DNA of 45,510 bases from Acidobacteriota bacterium (GCA_021851465.1 JAJZDL010000001.1:1-45510); one strand, 5' to 3'; positions 34,417-43,837 are shown, counted from the stretch's first letter. The notes: generated by a model not told the origin, from the sequence alone. Translations and numbers: made by a program.

Positions 34417-35223
34417 ATGGAAACTCAGATCGCAACCCGCACAGCCATCCCACCCGGCGACGACCCGCTCGGCGCAGGCTTTGCCGGCTCCTTCCTGCTG
34501 CACATCGCTCTCGCCGCGCTGCTCCTCGGCGGCGCCTGGCTCCTCCACTCCGGGCACTCCTGGGGAGACGCCGCGGCCACCTCCAGTGCCATTCAGGCCA
34601 CCATGGTCGACGCCCTCCCGCTGCCACCCAAGCAGCCCACCGACCGGAACAACATGCTGGCCACCGACCAGCCCTCGCCCGCGCCCGTCGCCCCCGCGCC
34701 CAAGACCGTCGCCGCCCCGCTGCCCGACGCAATCCCCATCGCCGCCAAGAACGCAAAGCCTGCCAAGGTCGCCGACAAGACCACGCCTGCCCCGCCGCTC
34801 CATCCCCAGCCCAGCCACGTCAATCCCAACCAGGTGCAGACCGGCGAGGCCACCGGCCTCAACATCGCCATGAGCAGCACCCAGACCCGCGCCGGAACCG
34901 TCAACATCGGCATCCCAGACGCCGCCTTCGGCACCCGCTTCGCCTACTACGTCCAGCAGATCACGCAGAAGGTCGCCCAGCAGTGGTACACCGGAATGCT
35001 CGACCCGCAGGCCGCCGGCCATCGCGTTTACATCACCTTCCAGGTCGAGCGCGACGGTTCCCTCACCCACATCCAGATCGCGCAGCGCAGCGGAGACTCC
35101 ACCCTCGACCTCACCGCCCTCACCGCCGTCCGGCACATCGACACCTTCGGCCCGCTGCCCGACGCCTATACCGGCAACCACATCAACGTCACCTACTACT
35201 TCGATCCCCCGCCCCGCCAATAG
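34417..35223 (+). CDS. tolA: TolA/TonB-family protein
   Basis: TM with SFLLH, Pro-rich linker, YYVQQI...W, SGDSTLDLTALTAV, FGPLP; between tolR and tolB. Confidence 0.8.
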   Translation: METQIATRTAIPPGDDPLGAGFAGSFLLHIALAALLLGGAWLLHSGHSWGDAAATSSAIQATMVDALPLPPKQPTDRNNMLATDQPSPAPVAPAPKTVAAPLPDAIPIAAKNAKPAKVADKTTPAPPLHPQPSHVNPNQVQTGEATGLNIAMSSTQTRAGTVNIGIPDAAFGTRFAYYVQQITQKVAQQWYTGMLDPQAAGHRVYITFQVERDGSLTHIQIAQRSGDSTLDLTALTAVRHIDTFGPLPDAYTGNHINVTYYFDPPPRQ

Positions 35224-35393
35224 AATGAACAAAATTTTGCCATTCGATCCGAATGCCATTCGGCCCGAATCTTGTCGAACCGGAAGAATCCCCATGGCCT
35301 CTTCATAACAAGACTGGCCCCCGCATCGCGGAGAATGTACAGGTACCGCCAATGACAACCAAAGATTGATTTGAACCGTCTACCATAGAGAGC

Positions 35394-36797
35394 ATGGACA
35401 GCAAGACCCACATACGCCGCGTGCGCTCCATCCCGTTCCATTCCATTCTGGCCCTCCTGGTTTCGGCCTTCATCCTGGCCGTGCATTGCACCCCCTCCGC
35501 CCGCGCGCAGGACAATATCCTCACCGGAACCAGCTCCGGTGCAACCTCCATCCGCCTCGCCGTCGCCGATTTCAAGCCCCTCGCCGCAGACCCTCAGACC
35601 GCTACCTGCAAGCAGACATTCGACGCTACCCTCTACGCCGACCTGGCCTCGGCCGGCATCTTCGACATCGTATCCAAGAGCCTTCTCCCCGCCGGCACGC
35701 CTGGCGCGCCCCCCGAGATCGTCCTGCAAAACTACTCCAACGCCCCTTCCAGCGCGGCCATGGTCGCCTTCGGATCGCTTGGCGTCGCGGGCGGCAAGCT
35801 GGTCGTCAACGGCTACCTCTTCGACACCAAAAACCTCCAGTACCCCCAGGTCATCGCCAAGCAATACAGCGTGGATCCCACCGAGGACGCAGCCCGCCAG
35901 ACCGCCCACCGCTTCGCCGACGAGATCGTATACCGCCTCGGCGGCGGTGTCCCCGGCATCGCAGAGACAAAGATCTACTACGTCGATCGCCTCTCCCCTG
36001 GCATCAAGGAGATCTGGGCGATGGACTACGACGGCGCCAACCAGCACGCCATCACCCACCTCGGCACCGATTCCATCTCGCCCCGCATCTCGCCGGACAA
36101 CTCCCGCCTCGCCTTCGCCTCGCTCGGAAAATACGGCTTCCAGCTCAAGATGTACTCCTTCCTCCTCGATCGCTACATCGACTTCCCCAGCGGCAACGGC
36201 AGCGCCGAGTCTCCCGCCTGGGCGCCCAGCGGAAACGAACTCGCATACGCCGCCGCGCCCAACGGCTCCTTCGAGATCTGGATCGCAGACTCCAACGGAA
36301 ACCTCGCCCGCCGCATCACCAGCTTCCGCGGTGGAAACGTCTCCCCCGCATACAACCCCAAGACCGGCGCGCAGATCGCCTTCGTCAGCGACCGCACCGG
36401 CCTGCCCCAGCTCTACATCATGAACTCCGATGGCTCCAGCGTGCAGCGCCTCACCGACGGAGGTTACGCCTCCTCGCCCTCCTGGTCGCCCAACGGGCAG
36501 TACATCACCTTCGCCTGGGACCGCAAGTACGGCCCCGGAGCGCCCGGTGGCCAGGACATCTACGTCATCCAGGTCGCGCCCAACGCCGATGGCGCGCACA
36601 CCATCCTCCAGCTCACCCACGACGGCGGACGCTGCGACTTCCCCTCCTGGTCCCCCGACGGACGGCACATCGCCTACGCCAACTCCGCCGACGGACGACC
36701 CGAACACATGCGCATCTGGTCCATGCTCGCCGATGGAACCCAGCGCCGTCCCCTCACCGGCCCAGGCGCGGACATGCCCAACTGGAGCTGGAAATGA
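35394..36797 (+). CDS. tolB: Tol-Pal beta-propeller protein TolB
   Basis: Signal peptide; AHRFADEI, MDYDGAN, repeated SPxWSPxG PD40 blades. Confidence 0.93.
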   Translation: MDSKTHIRRVRSIPFHSILALLVSAFILAVHCTPSARAQDNILTGTSSGATSIRLAVADFKPLAADPQTATCKQTFDATLYADLASAGIFDIVSKSLLPAGTPGAPPEIVLQNYSNAPSSAAMVAFGSLGVAGGKLVVNGYLFDTKNLQYPQVIAKQYSVDPTEDAARQTAHRFADEIVYRLGGGVPGIAETKIYYVDRLSPGIKEIWAMDYDGANQHAITHLGTDSISPRISPDNSRLAFASLGKYGFQLKMYSFLLDRYIDFPSGNGSAESPAWAPSGNELAYAAAPNGSFEIWIADSNGNLARRITSFRGGNVSPAYNPKTGAQIAFVSDRTGLPQLYIMNSDGSSVQRLTDGGYASSPSWSPNGQYITFAWDRKYGPGAPGGQDIYVIQVAPNADGAHTILQLTHDGGRCDFPSWSPDGRHIAYANSADGRPEHMRIWSMLADGTQRRPLTGPGADMPNWSWK

Positions 36798-36860
36798 CAC
36801 TCCACCCGCGCGGCAGCGCGCTCTGTCCAAAAATCCCTGACGGCTGTCTTGATTTTCAGT

Positions 36861-36960
36861 AACATAAGATGGACGAAGCGTTGGCAGCTTAAGATGGACG
36901 AATTCATGGCAACATAAGATGGACGAAGCGTTGGCAACATTATGATGGGCGGAACGACGC
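36861..36960 (+). repeat. 25-bp tandem repeat (3 good units plus 1 degenerate)
   Basis: AACATAAGATGGACGAAGCGTTGGC / AGCTTAAGATGGACGAATTCATGGC / AACATAAGATGGACGAAGCGTTGGC / AACATTATGATGGGCGGAACGACGC. Confidence 0.9.
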
Positions 36961-37024
36961 ACACCGAACTGAAATAGCAGTGGCAACGAAGACGGATGCA
37001 GCTTTGGCAACGCAGGAGAAAGTG

Positions 37025-37825
37025 ATGACCGACCCACGACCGTTTCAGCCGAGATCATTCCGTGCCTGGCCAGCCAGGCCGCACCGCGCCGCCCTCTTGC
37101 TGGCGGCCGCACTCTGCGCCCTCTCCGGCTGCCACAAGAACGCTGCCACCGGCACCAATCCAAACAGCCTTGCGCCCACGCCCGCGCCGCTGCCGCCCGT
37201 GCCCACCGCATCCCTCACCGCCGATCCCCTCGCCATCGACCTCGGCCAGTCCGTCGTCCTCAACTGGCGCACCACGGACGCCAACAACGTCACCATCGAC
37301 GGCATCGGCCCCGTCAACCCCAACGGCACGCAGACCGTCGCGCCCTCCACCTCCACCAACTTCCACATCGTCGCCAAGGGAGATGGAGGCACCACCGAGG
37401 CCAGCGTCCGCGTCACCGTCCGCGTACCCGTCGCGCCCACCGCCCCAGCCGACACGGGTGCCGCAGACATGGGTTCCGAGGCCGCCTTCCACGACAACGT
37501 CCCAGACATCTTCTTCGACTACGACAGCTACGACCTCCGCCCCGACGCGCAGGCCGCGACCGTCAAGGCCTCGTCGTATCTCGTCGCCCACCCCGACATC
37601 CGCATCGTCATCGGCGGATACTGCGACGACCGCGGCTCCGCCGAGTACAACCTCGCTCTCGGCGAGAACCGCGCCAACGCCGCAAAGACCGCGCTCGTCA
37701 ACGCAGGCGTCGCCCCCGCACGCATCCGCGTCGTCAGCTACGGAAAGGAAAAACAGTTCTGCACAGACGAGACCGAGGCCTGCTGGCAGCAGAACCGCCG
37801 CGCCCAGTTCTCCCTCGACCGCTAG
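37025..37825 (+). CDS. pal: Peptidoglycan-associated lipoprotein Pal with an extra N-terminal Ig-like segment
   Basis: Lipobox LSGC; IFFDYDSY, GYCDDRGSAEYNLALGENRA, SYGKEK, NRRA. SD AGGAG. Confidence 0.93.
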   Translation: MTDPRPFQPRSFRAWPARPHRAALLLAAALCALSGCHKNAATGTNPNSLAPTPAPLPPVPTASLTADPLAIDLGQSVVLNWRTTDANNVTIDGIGPVNPNGTQTVAPSTSTNFHIVAKGDGGTTEASVRVTVRVPVAPTAPADTGAADMGSEAAFHDNVPDIFFDYDSYDLRPDAQAATVKASSYLVAHPDIRIVIGGYCDDRGSAEYNLALGENRANAAKTALVNAGVAPARIRVVSYGKEKQFCTDETEACWQQNRRAQFSLDR

Positions 37826-38027
37826 TGCCGTGCCTCGGAGCTCCGTGGCTCAGTTATTGTGTTCGTTTTGCGTTGTCAACCTGGCCCTCGAACGAAGTGA
37901 AGCGGCAGACGCCCGCACTTCGTTCGAGGCACAGCACTCTACACCATCGGTAAAGCCGCATCGAAGCCGTCGCGCCGAAGCAACCGCGCCAAGCGCCGCC
38001 GCTACCAACTACGCCAATGCATCCTCA

Positions 38028-38101
38028 TCGCCCTTGCCCTTGCTTGTGCATTTGCCTTTCGCCCTTGCCCTTGCTTGTGCCTTTCGCCCTTGCCCTTGCT
38101 T
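38028..38101 (+). repeat. Pyrimidine-rich tandem repeat (TCGCCCTTGCCCTTGCTT x3)
   Basis: Units start at 38028, 38059 and 38084; built from TTGCCY-like hexamers, like 44059-44110. Confidence 0.8.
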
Positions 38102-38103
38102 CT

Positions 38104-38175
38104 AGGTACGCCAAGGCTTTAGCCTTGGCCCTCTAAAATCCATCTCAAATCGGGGGCTTTAGCCCCTGGGGTATG
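38104..38175. repeat. REP-like hairpin pair
   Basis: CCAAGGC-TTTA-GCCTTGG and GGGGC-TTTA-GCCCC, sharing the loop core GGCTTTAGCC. Confidence 0.65.
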
Positions 38176-38263
38176 ACTTCCATTCAAGACAGCATCAAAC
38201 TATCGTTGGAGCCCGCAAATCGTCGCATTCCGTCGGGCCAACACAACTAGAGGATAATGTCCT

Positions 38264-39307
38264 ATGATCCAACTCCGTCCCCGGTTCGCCTGCGCCCTCC
38301 TCGCCCTCGCCCTCGCCACGCCGCGCGCCTTCGCCGTCAACAAGGACATGGTCCAGCTCCAGACCCAGGTGCAGCAGTTGCAGGACGCCGTCGCGCGCCT
38401 CCAGCAATCCAACGACGAGCGCATGGGCGTCCTCAAGGATCTCGTCCAGCAGAGCGCCGATTCCGTCAATAAAATGTCGCTCGCCATCGACGCTCTCCAG
38501 CAACAGATGCACACCCAGCAGGACGCAACCGGCGCCAAGCTCGACCAGTACTCCAACCAGATGCAGACCCTCAACGACTCGCTCGATGAGGTCAAGGCGC
38601 GCCTCAACAACCTCGAAAAGGCCCTCAAGTCCCTCCAGGACCAGCAACAGTCCATCGACGCCGCCCTGCAAAACCTCGCTCCACCCAACACCGCCACTCC
38701 ACCCCCCGGCACCGCGCCCGCCGCGCCAACCCAGCCCGCACCGGACAACTCCGCCGCACCCGCCCAGCCTGCCGCCGCCGCGCCAACCGACAACAGCGCG
38801 GCTCCGCCATCCGACAACACTCCCTTCCCCGCCACGCAGGGCCCTTACGCCAATCCCGCCGCCGCGCCGCCCACCGCCTACGCGCCGCCCGCCGCGCCCG
38901 CCGCTTCCTCCCCATCCAGCCTCTACAAATCCGCCCTCAGCGATTACATGGCCGCTCGCTACAAACTCGCCGCCACCGAGTTTGCCGCCATCCTCCACGC
39001 ATACCCCTCCGACCCCTACGCCGGCAGCTCCTCCTACTACATCGGAGAGATCGACTACCGCACCGGCAAGTTCACCGCCGCCATCAAGGACTACGACCGC
39101 GTCCTCACCGACTTCCCCAACAACTCCAAGGTTCCCGTAGCCCATCTGCACAAGGCCATGGCCCTCTTCCAGACCGGCAAACGGGAGGCCGGCATCTCGG
39201 AACTGCGCGCCCTCATCGCCCGCTTCCCAGCCTCCCCGGAGGCCGCGCAGGCGCGCAGCAAGCTCAACGGCATGGGCGTCCCCATCGTCCCACGGCACGC
39301 AGAATAG
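38264..39307 (+). CDS. cpoB: Cell division coordinator CpoB/YbgF (coiled coil plus TPR)
   Basis: Signal peptide, long coiled coil, Pro/Ala linker, TPR (YKSALSDY...YYIGEIDY...RFPASPEA); follows pal. Confidence 0.85.
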   Translation: MIQLRPRFACALLALALATPRAFAVNKDMVQLQTQVQQLQDAVARLQQSNDERMGVLKDLVQQSADSVNKMSLAIDALQQQMHTQQDATGAKLDQYSNQMQTLNDSLDEVKARLNNLEKALKSLQDQQQSIDAALQNLAPPNTATPPPGTAPAAPTQPAPDNSAAPAQPAAAAPTDNSAAPPSDNTPFPATQGPYANPAAAPPTAYAPPAAPAASSPSSLYKSALSDYMAARYKLAATEFAAILHAYPSDPYAGSSSYYIGEIDYRTGKFTAAIKDYDRVLTDFPNNSKVPVAHLHKAMALFQTGKREAGISELRALIARFPASPEAAQARSKLNGMGVPIVPRHAE

Positions 39308-39393
39308 TCCGCCTTCAGATGGCATAATCCCCTCCCGCCGTCGAATCCAGCCCGGTCGGGCTGCCTCGACACGCTATACTCCAGGCTGGAGGG

Positions 39394-39876
39394 ATGCTGC
39401 CCCGCGTGAAAGAGCATATTCGCAAGCTGGACGGACACAGCGGTTCGCACAACAAGCAGTTGCGGCTCGTCGCCGCGGCCCTCATTCTGCGTCATCTCCC
39501 CGGACCGGATGGCCCCGTCACGGAGGTCCTAGTCTGCCAGTTGCGCCCCGACCAACCCATGGGACTCAAGTGGGAGTTCCCCGGCGGCAAGATCGAGCCC
39601 GGCGAGACGGCCGAACAGGCCCTCGCCCGTGAACTCGAAGAGGAGCTCGGCATCGCAGCCGTCATCGGTCCCCGCATCGCGCAGATCCGTCACCGATACC
39701 GCAACGGCGTCGCCATCGACATCCAGTTCTTCACCGTCGATTCATTCACCGGAGAGATGGAAAACCGCATCTTCAACGCCATCTGCTGGTCCCCACTCGC
39801 CAATCTGACCGCATTCGACTTCCTCGCCGCAGACCACACCCTCATCCGCGACCTCGCCGAAGGCAAGCTCCTCTAG
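39394..39876 (+). CDS. MutT/NudG-like NUDIX (d)NTP pyrophosphohydrolase
   Basis: WEFPGGKIEPGETAEQALARELEEELG and FLAAD. Confidence 0.88.
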   Translation: MLPRVKEHIRKLDGHSGSHNKQLRLVAAALILRHLPGPDGPVTEVLVCQLRPDQPMGLKWEFPGGKIEPGETAEQALARELEEELGIAAVIGPRIAQIRHRYRNGVAIDIQFFTVDSFTGEMENRIFNAICWSPLANLTAFDFLAADHTLIRDLAEGKLL

Positions 39877-39911
39877 AGTCTTTCTCCCTCCGGTATAGAC
39901 GCAGAATGGGG

Positions 39912-39946
39912 TGTCCTTCTGAGCGCAGCGAAGGGTTCCCGCATTT
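39912..39946 (+). repeat. Family A palindromic repeat
   Basis: TGTCCTTCTGAGCGCAGCGAAGGGTTCCCGCATTT, with an apparently compensatory CCTTC/GAAGG stem. Confidence 0.75.
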
Positions 39947-40009
39947 GTTCGTGACGCGCAGCGATGCATCGCCGGCAAGAATGTTCTGGCTGGAGCAACG
40001 CGGCCGCCC

Positions 40010-41266
40010 CTATCCCCCCGTCGCCTGGTTCCACAGCATCACCAGAGAAAGCCCGGTCACGATCGCCGCCGTCCCCCACGCAACCCAGTTGAACCACCGC
40101 GAGTTGGTGTGCTCCCCCATCAGCTCCGTCTTGTTGATCAGTTGCAGCATGAAGACCATCACCACCGGCAGCAGCACGCCGTTCAGCACCTGCGACAGAA
40201 TGATCACCTTCACCAGCGGAAAGTTCGGCCACAGCACCACGCCCGCGCCCAGCGCGATCAGCAGCGTGTAGAACCAGTAGAAGAACGGGGCCTCCTTGAA
40301 GCTCTTGTCCAGCCCGCTCTCGAAGCCCATCCCCTCGCAAACCGTATACGCCGTCGAGAGCGGCAGGATCGAAGCAGAGAACACGGACGCATTGAACAGC
40401 CCCGCCGCAAACAGAATGAACGCGAAGTCCCCCGCCAGCGGCTTCATCGCCCCCGCCGCGTCCGATGCCACTTTAATATCGCGCATCCCATGCACATACA
40501 ACGTCGCCGCGCACGCCACGATGATGAACCACGCCACCACATCGGTGAAGATGCATCCCAGAATCACATCCAGCCGCGACGCCTTGTACTGCCGGATTGT
40601 GATCCCCTTGTCCACCACCGACGACTGCAGATAGAACTGCATCCACGGAGCGATCGTCGTGCCGATCACCCCGATCGTCAGGTAGATGTAGCTCTTGTCG
40701 CTCCACACCGAGCGCGGCGGCAACGTCACCGTCGCCAGCAGGGCCTCATGCCAGTTCGGCTGGCTCACCACCCCCGCCGCAATGTATGCGATGTAGAACA
40801 CGCTGGCCACCAGAAAGACCTTCTCCACGCTCTTGTAGTCGCCCTTCACCACCAGCACCCACACAATCGCCGCGCAGATCGGCACGCTCAGGTACTTGCT
40901 CACATGAAAGAGCTGCATCGAACCCGCCACCCCGCTGAACTCCGAGACCACGTTCCCGTAGTTCACAATCACCAGCAGGATCATCATCACAAACGTCATG
41001 CGCAGGCCGAACTCCTCGCGGATCAGGTCGCTCAGTCCCTTGCCCGTCACCACCCCCATCCGCGCGCTCATCTCCTGCACCACGATCAGCGCCAGCGTGA
41101 TCGGCAGGATCGTCCACAGCAGCAGGAACCCGTACTGCGCCCCCGCCTGCGAGTAGGTAAAGATCCCCCCCGTGTCGTTGTCCACATTCGCCGTGATGAA
41201 CCCCGGCCCCAGCACGGCCAGAAACAGCAGGATGCGCAGCTTCCATCGCCGCCACCAGATCTTCAT
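40010..41266 (-). CDS. Nramp-family divalent cation transporter (non-DPGN, NrmT-like subgroup)
   Basis: LGPGFITANVDNDTGGI, QAGAQYG, QEMSARMGVVTGKG, GTTIAPW, SQVLNG. ATGA overlap with the upstream gene. Confidence 0.9.
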   Translation of the reverse strand: MKIWWRRWKLRILLFLAVLGPGFITANVDNDTGGIFTYSQAGAQYGFLLLWTILPITLALIVVQEMSARMGVVTGKGLSDLIREEFGLRMTFVMMILLVIVNYGNVVSEFSGVAGSMQLFHVSKYLSVPICAAIVWVLVVKGDYKSVEKVFLVASVFYIAYIAAGVVSQPNWHEALLATVTLPPRSVWSDKSYIYLTIGVIGTTIAPWMQFYLQSSVVDKGITIRQYKASRLDVILGCIFTDVVAWFIIVACAATLYVHGMRDIKVASDAAGAMKPLAGDFAFILFAAGLFNASVFSASILPLSTAYTVCEGMGFESGLDKSFKEAPFFYWFYTLLIALGAGVVLWPNFPLVKVIILSQVLNGVLLPVVMVFMLQLINKTELMGEHTNSRWFNWVAWGTAAIVTGLSLVMLWNQATGG

Positions 41267-42351
41267 TGCGCCCCCAATCCGCTGTGCGGCCCGGACCGTG
41301 CGCCTCGTGCCGCGTTCATCCGTGCCACGATCTCTCGCATTCGTTCCACGATCGACCCCACCTGGCAATCGTTGTAGTAGCCATCGCGCCGCGCCCGCGC
41401 GCAGCCCGCCGCGGCAATCCGCTCCCGCGCCGCCTCGTCCGGCAGATAGCGCGCAATCTTCGCAGCCAGATCCGCGCGCCCGGTAAAGAACACCGCCTCT
41501 TCATCCTCAATGAAGCGCTGCCGATGCCCCTCCGACCGCTCGGCCAACAGAAACCCGCCGCAGCCCGCAATCTCGAAGCTCTTGTGCACAAACTCGTCCC
41601 CATTCGCCCAGGTCAAAAAACTCAGGTTGATCTTCGACCGCCAGATCGCCTCGCGGTACTGCTGCCCGTACAGCTCGCCCTCACGATACAGCCGCGAAAA
41701 ATCCCCCGCCCCAAGCGCCCTCTTCCACTGCCGTCCGTTGCCGGAGATCGTAACAGCGAAGCCCTGGCCGGCCAGCCACGCCAGCGTCTCCGCGCGGTCG
41801 TCGTACGGCGTCCCCACAAACGACACCTCCCGGTTCCGCTGCGCGTCCGACCAGCCCGCCGCCGGTGGAAAGTGGATCGTCGGCTCGTACGCCGTCTGTA
41901 TCTTGATCGTATCCCGCGCGCCGCGCGCCCTGTAGTCCGCAATGTTCGCGTCGCGTTGAACGACATGCAGATCGTAGTAGGGAATGTTTTTCATGTACAA
42001 CCGCCAGCCCGGGTCCTGCCGCGCGCCGAACGGGTTGTCGATCATGTAGCTCACCGTTGCAACGCCCATCTCCCGCAGCTTCGCCAGCGTCTTCGGCTGC
42101 ATCCCCAGCAGCTTGTCCGTCCATACCAGGTCGGGCCGCTCGCGCTCCACCAGGCGCAGCAGGTCGCGGTTCAGGCGCTCCACCCAAGGCCCCGCCGCCA
42201 GCCGAAATGCAACCTTCCGCAGCAGCGCATTCCGCGGCACATACTCGTACGCATTCAGCGGCGCCACGCGGTGCCCAAGCCGCTCCAAGGCCCATAGCCG
42301 GTACAGCGAAGAGTCGTTCGCCGAAAGCCCCGAGGCATACACAATCTTCAT
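41263..42351 (-). CDS. Glycosyltransferase (CgeB/GT-B-like)
   Basis: VSFVGT, SKINL, FEIAGCGGFLL, RERIAAAG. Start may be as far upstream as 42462. Confidence 0.82.
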   Translation of the reverse strand: MKIVYASGLSANDSSLYRLWALERLGHRVAPLNAYEYVPRNALLRKVAFRLAAGPWVERLNRDLLRLVERERPDLVWTDKLLGMQPKTLAKLREMGVATVSYMIDNPFGARQDPGWRLYMKNIPYYDLHVVQRDANIADYRARGARDTIKIQTAYEPTIHFPPAAGWSDAQRNREVSFVGTPYDDRAETLAWLAGQGFAVTISGNGRQWKRALGAGDFSRLYREGELYGQQYREAIWRSKINLSFLTWANGDEFVHKSFEIAGCGGFLLAERSEGHRQRFIEDEEAVFFTGRADLAAKIARYLPDEAARERIAAAGCARARRDGYYNDCQVGSIVERMREIVARMNAARGARSGPHSGLGAQ

Positions 42352-42484
42352 CGAACCACTCTCCGCGCACGGCTCCGCCTCCGACCCTGCACGACAGTGC
42401 CCCAGGCTGGCATCCAGCTCTCCGCCCAACGAATTCGCGCCCATCCGGCTCATCCCCACCATGCAAATCTCTTCGCCGTCCCTC

Positions 42485-43837
42485 TCAGTCCATCGTCCGC
42501 AACTGGGCAATCACCTGCTCCGCGTAGATCACGCCCGCAATCTTCATCTGCCCGTCCACAACCGGCAATGCGCGCAGATTGTATTTGTCGAACAGCCCCG
42601 CAACCTTCTTCCAGTTCGCATGGACGTCGCACGAGACGATGTGGTCGTCCCTCAGATCGGCCAGTGCGTCTCCCGGCGCCGCCAGCAACGCCTTCACCAA
42701 GGGCACCACGCCGCGCAGCACCCCAGCCTCGTCCACCAGGAAGATGTGCGTCAGCGTCTCCATGTCGTCGCCAAACTCATGCAGTGCAGCCACCGCGTCG
42801 CTCACCGGCGCGTCCTCGCGCAACGCGATGTAGTCCGTCGTCATCTGCCCCGCCGCCGAATCGCCGGAGAACTCCAGCAGATCCTCCACCTCCTGCCGCT
42901 CCTCCGGATCCATCTCCTCCAGAATGGCCTCCGACCGCTCCTCGGGCAGCTCCGCCAGAAAGTCCGCCGCCGCCGCCGGGTCCATCTCCTCCACGATCCC
43001 GGCCACATGCTCCGAGTCCAGCGCATCGGTCAGCGACTGCTGCATCTTCGGCTCCACCTCTTCCAAGGCCTCCGCCGCCACGCCCTCCTCCAGCGACGTA
43101 AACAACGCCTGCCGCTCCGCCGGTGCAAGCTCCTCCAGAATGTCCGCCAGGTCCGACGGGTGCATCTTCGCCAGCTTCTCCTGCTCGATCTTCAACCGCA
43201 CCCGGCGCGACGGGTCGCGGTCGATCAGATCCACAAAGTCCCACGGGATCGCGCTCGTCCCGAACCGCTCGGCAACCCGCTCCACCGCACCCGTCGGCAG
43301 CCCCTTCAGCAACCGCCGCACCGCGCCCCGCGTTCCCACCTCCACATCCGCAATCCGCAGCTTCCAGGCGTGCCCATCCAGCGGCCCCCCGGCACCGTCC
43401 GCCACCGCATGGGAGGCGACTGTGGAGGGTGCGTGTGCCACCGGCTCCCACACCAGGTCTACGTCGTTCACCCGCACCACCTTGTGTCCATGTACGTCGA
43501 TGATCTGCTGGTCCAGCAGGTCCCGCTCCAGCATCAGGTACGACTCTTCCTCCGCCATCGGCATCGCGCTCGCCGCGCCGCGCAGCCGCAGCCCACCCGC
43601 CGCCGTCACCTCCACGCCCTCCACCGGCACCATCGACATCCGCTCCCCTCGACCCGCGCCCGTCCGCCGCAACACCAGTCCAGCCACATGGTTCGCATCC
43701 ACCGAAGGGCTCACCGCAAACTCGCGCACATGCCCCACCGTGCGCCCGCTTGCGTCCGCCACCGCGGCGCCCATCAGTGCAGATACGCTCGTCCGTCGGC
43801 CTGCCTCTCTCGTCTCCGCTTCTCTCGTCATCGACAC
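42485..43837 (-). CDS. Soluble MgtE-like protein: PRC-barrel-like N-terminus, MgtE N-domain, CBS pair, no TM domain
   Basis: DLLDQQIIDVHGHKVVRVND, HPSDLADILE, SAAGQMTTDY, FDKYNLRALPVVD; ends right after the CBS pair. Confidence 0.87.
   Translation of the reverse strand: MSMTREAETREAGRRTSVSALMGAAVADASGRTVGHVREFAVSPSVDANHVAGLVLRRTGAGRGERMSMVPVEGVEVTAAGGLRLRGAASAMPMAEEESYLMLERDLLDQQIIDVHGHKVVRVNDVDLVWEPVAHAPSTVASHAVADGAGGPLDGHAWKLRIADVEVGTRGAVRRLLKGLPTGAVERVAERFGTSAIPWDFVDLIDRDPSRRVRLKIEQEKLAKMHPSDLADILEELAPAERQALFTSLEEGVAAEALEEVEPKMQQSLTDALDSEHVAGIVEEMDPAAAADFLAELPEERSEAILEEMDPEERQEVEDLLEFSGDSAAGQMTTDYIALREDAPVSDAVAALHEFGDDMETLTHIFLVDEAGVLRGVVPLVKALLAAPGDALADLRDDHIVSCDVHANWKKVAGLFDKYNLRALPVVDGQMKIAGVIYAEQVIAQLRTMD

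Noticed and set aside
36861-36960. Possible mini-CRISPR array
   Set aside because: Units are head-to-tail, the variable parts are short and repeat identically in units 1 and 3, and there are no cas genes.
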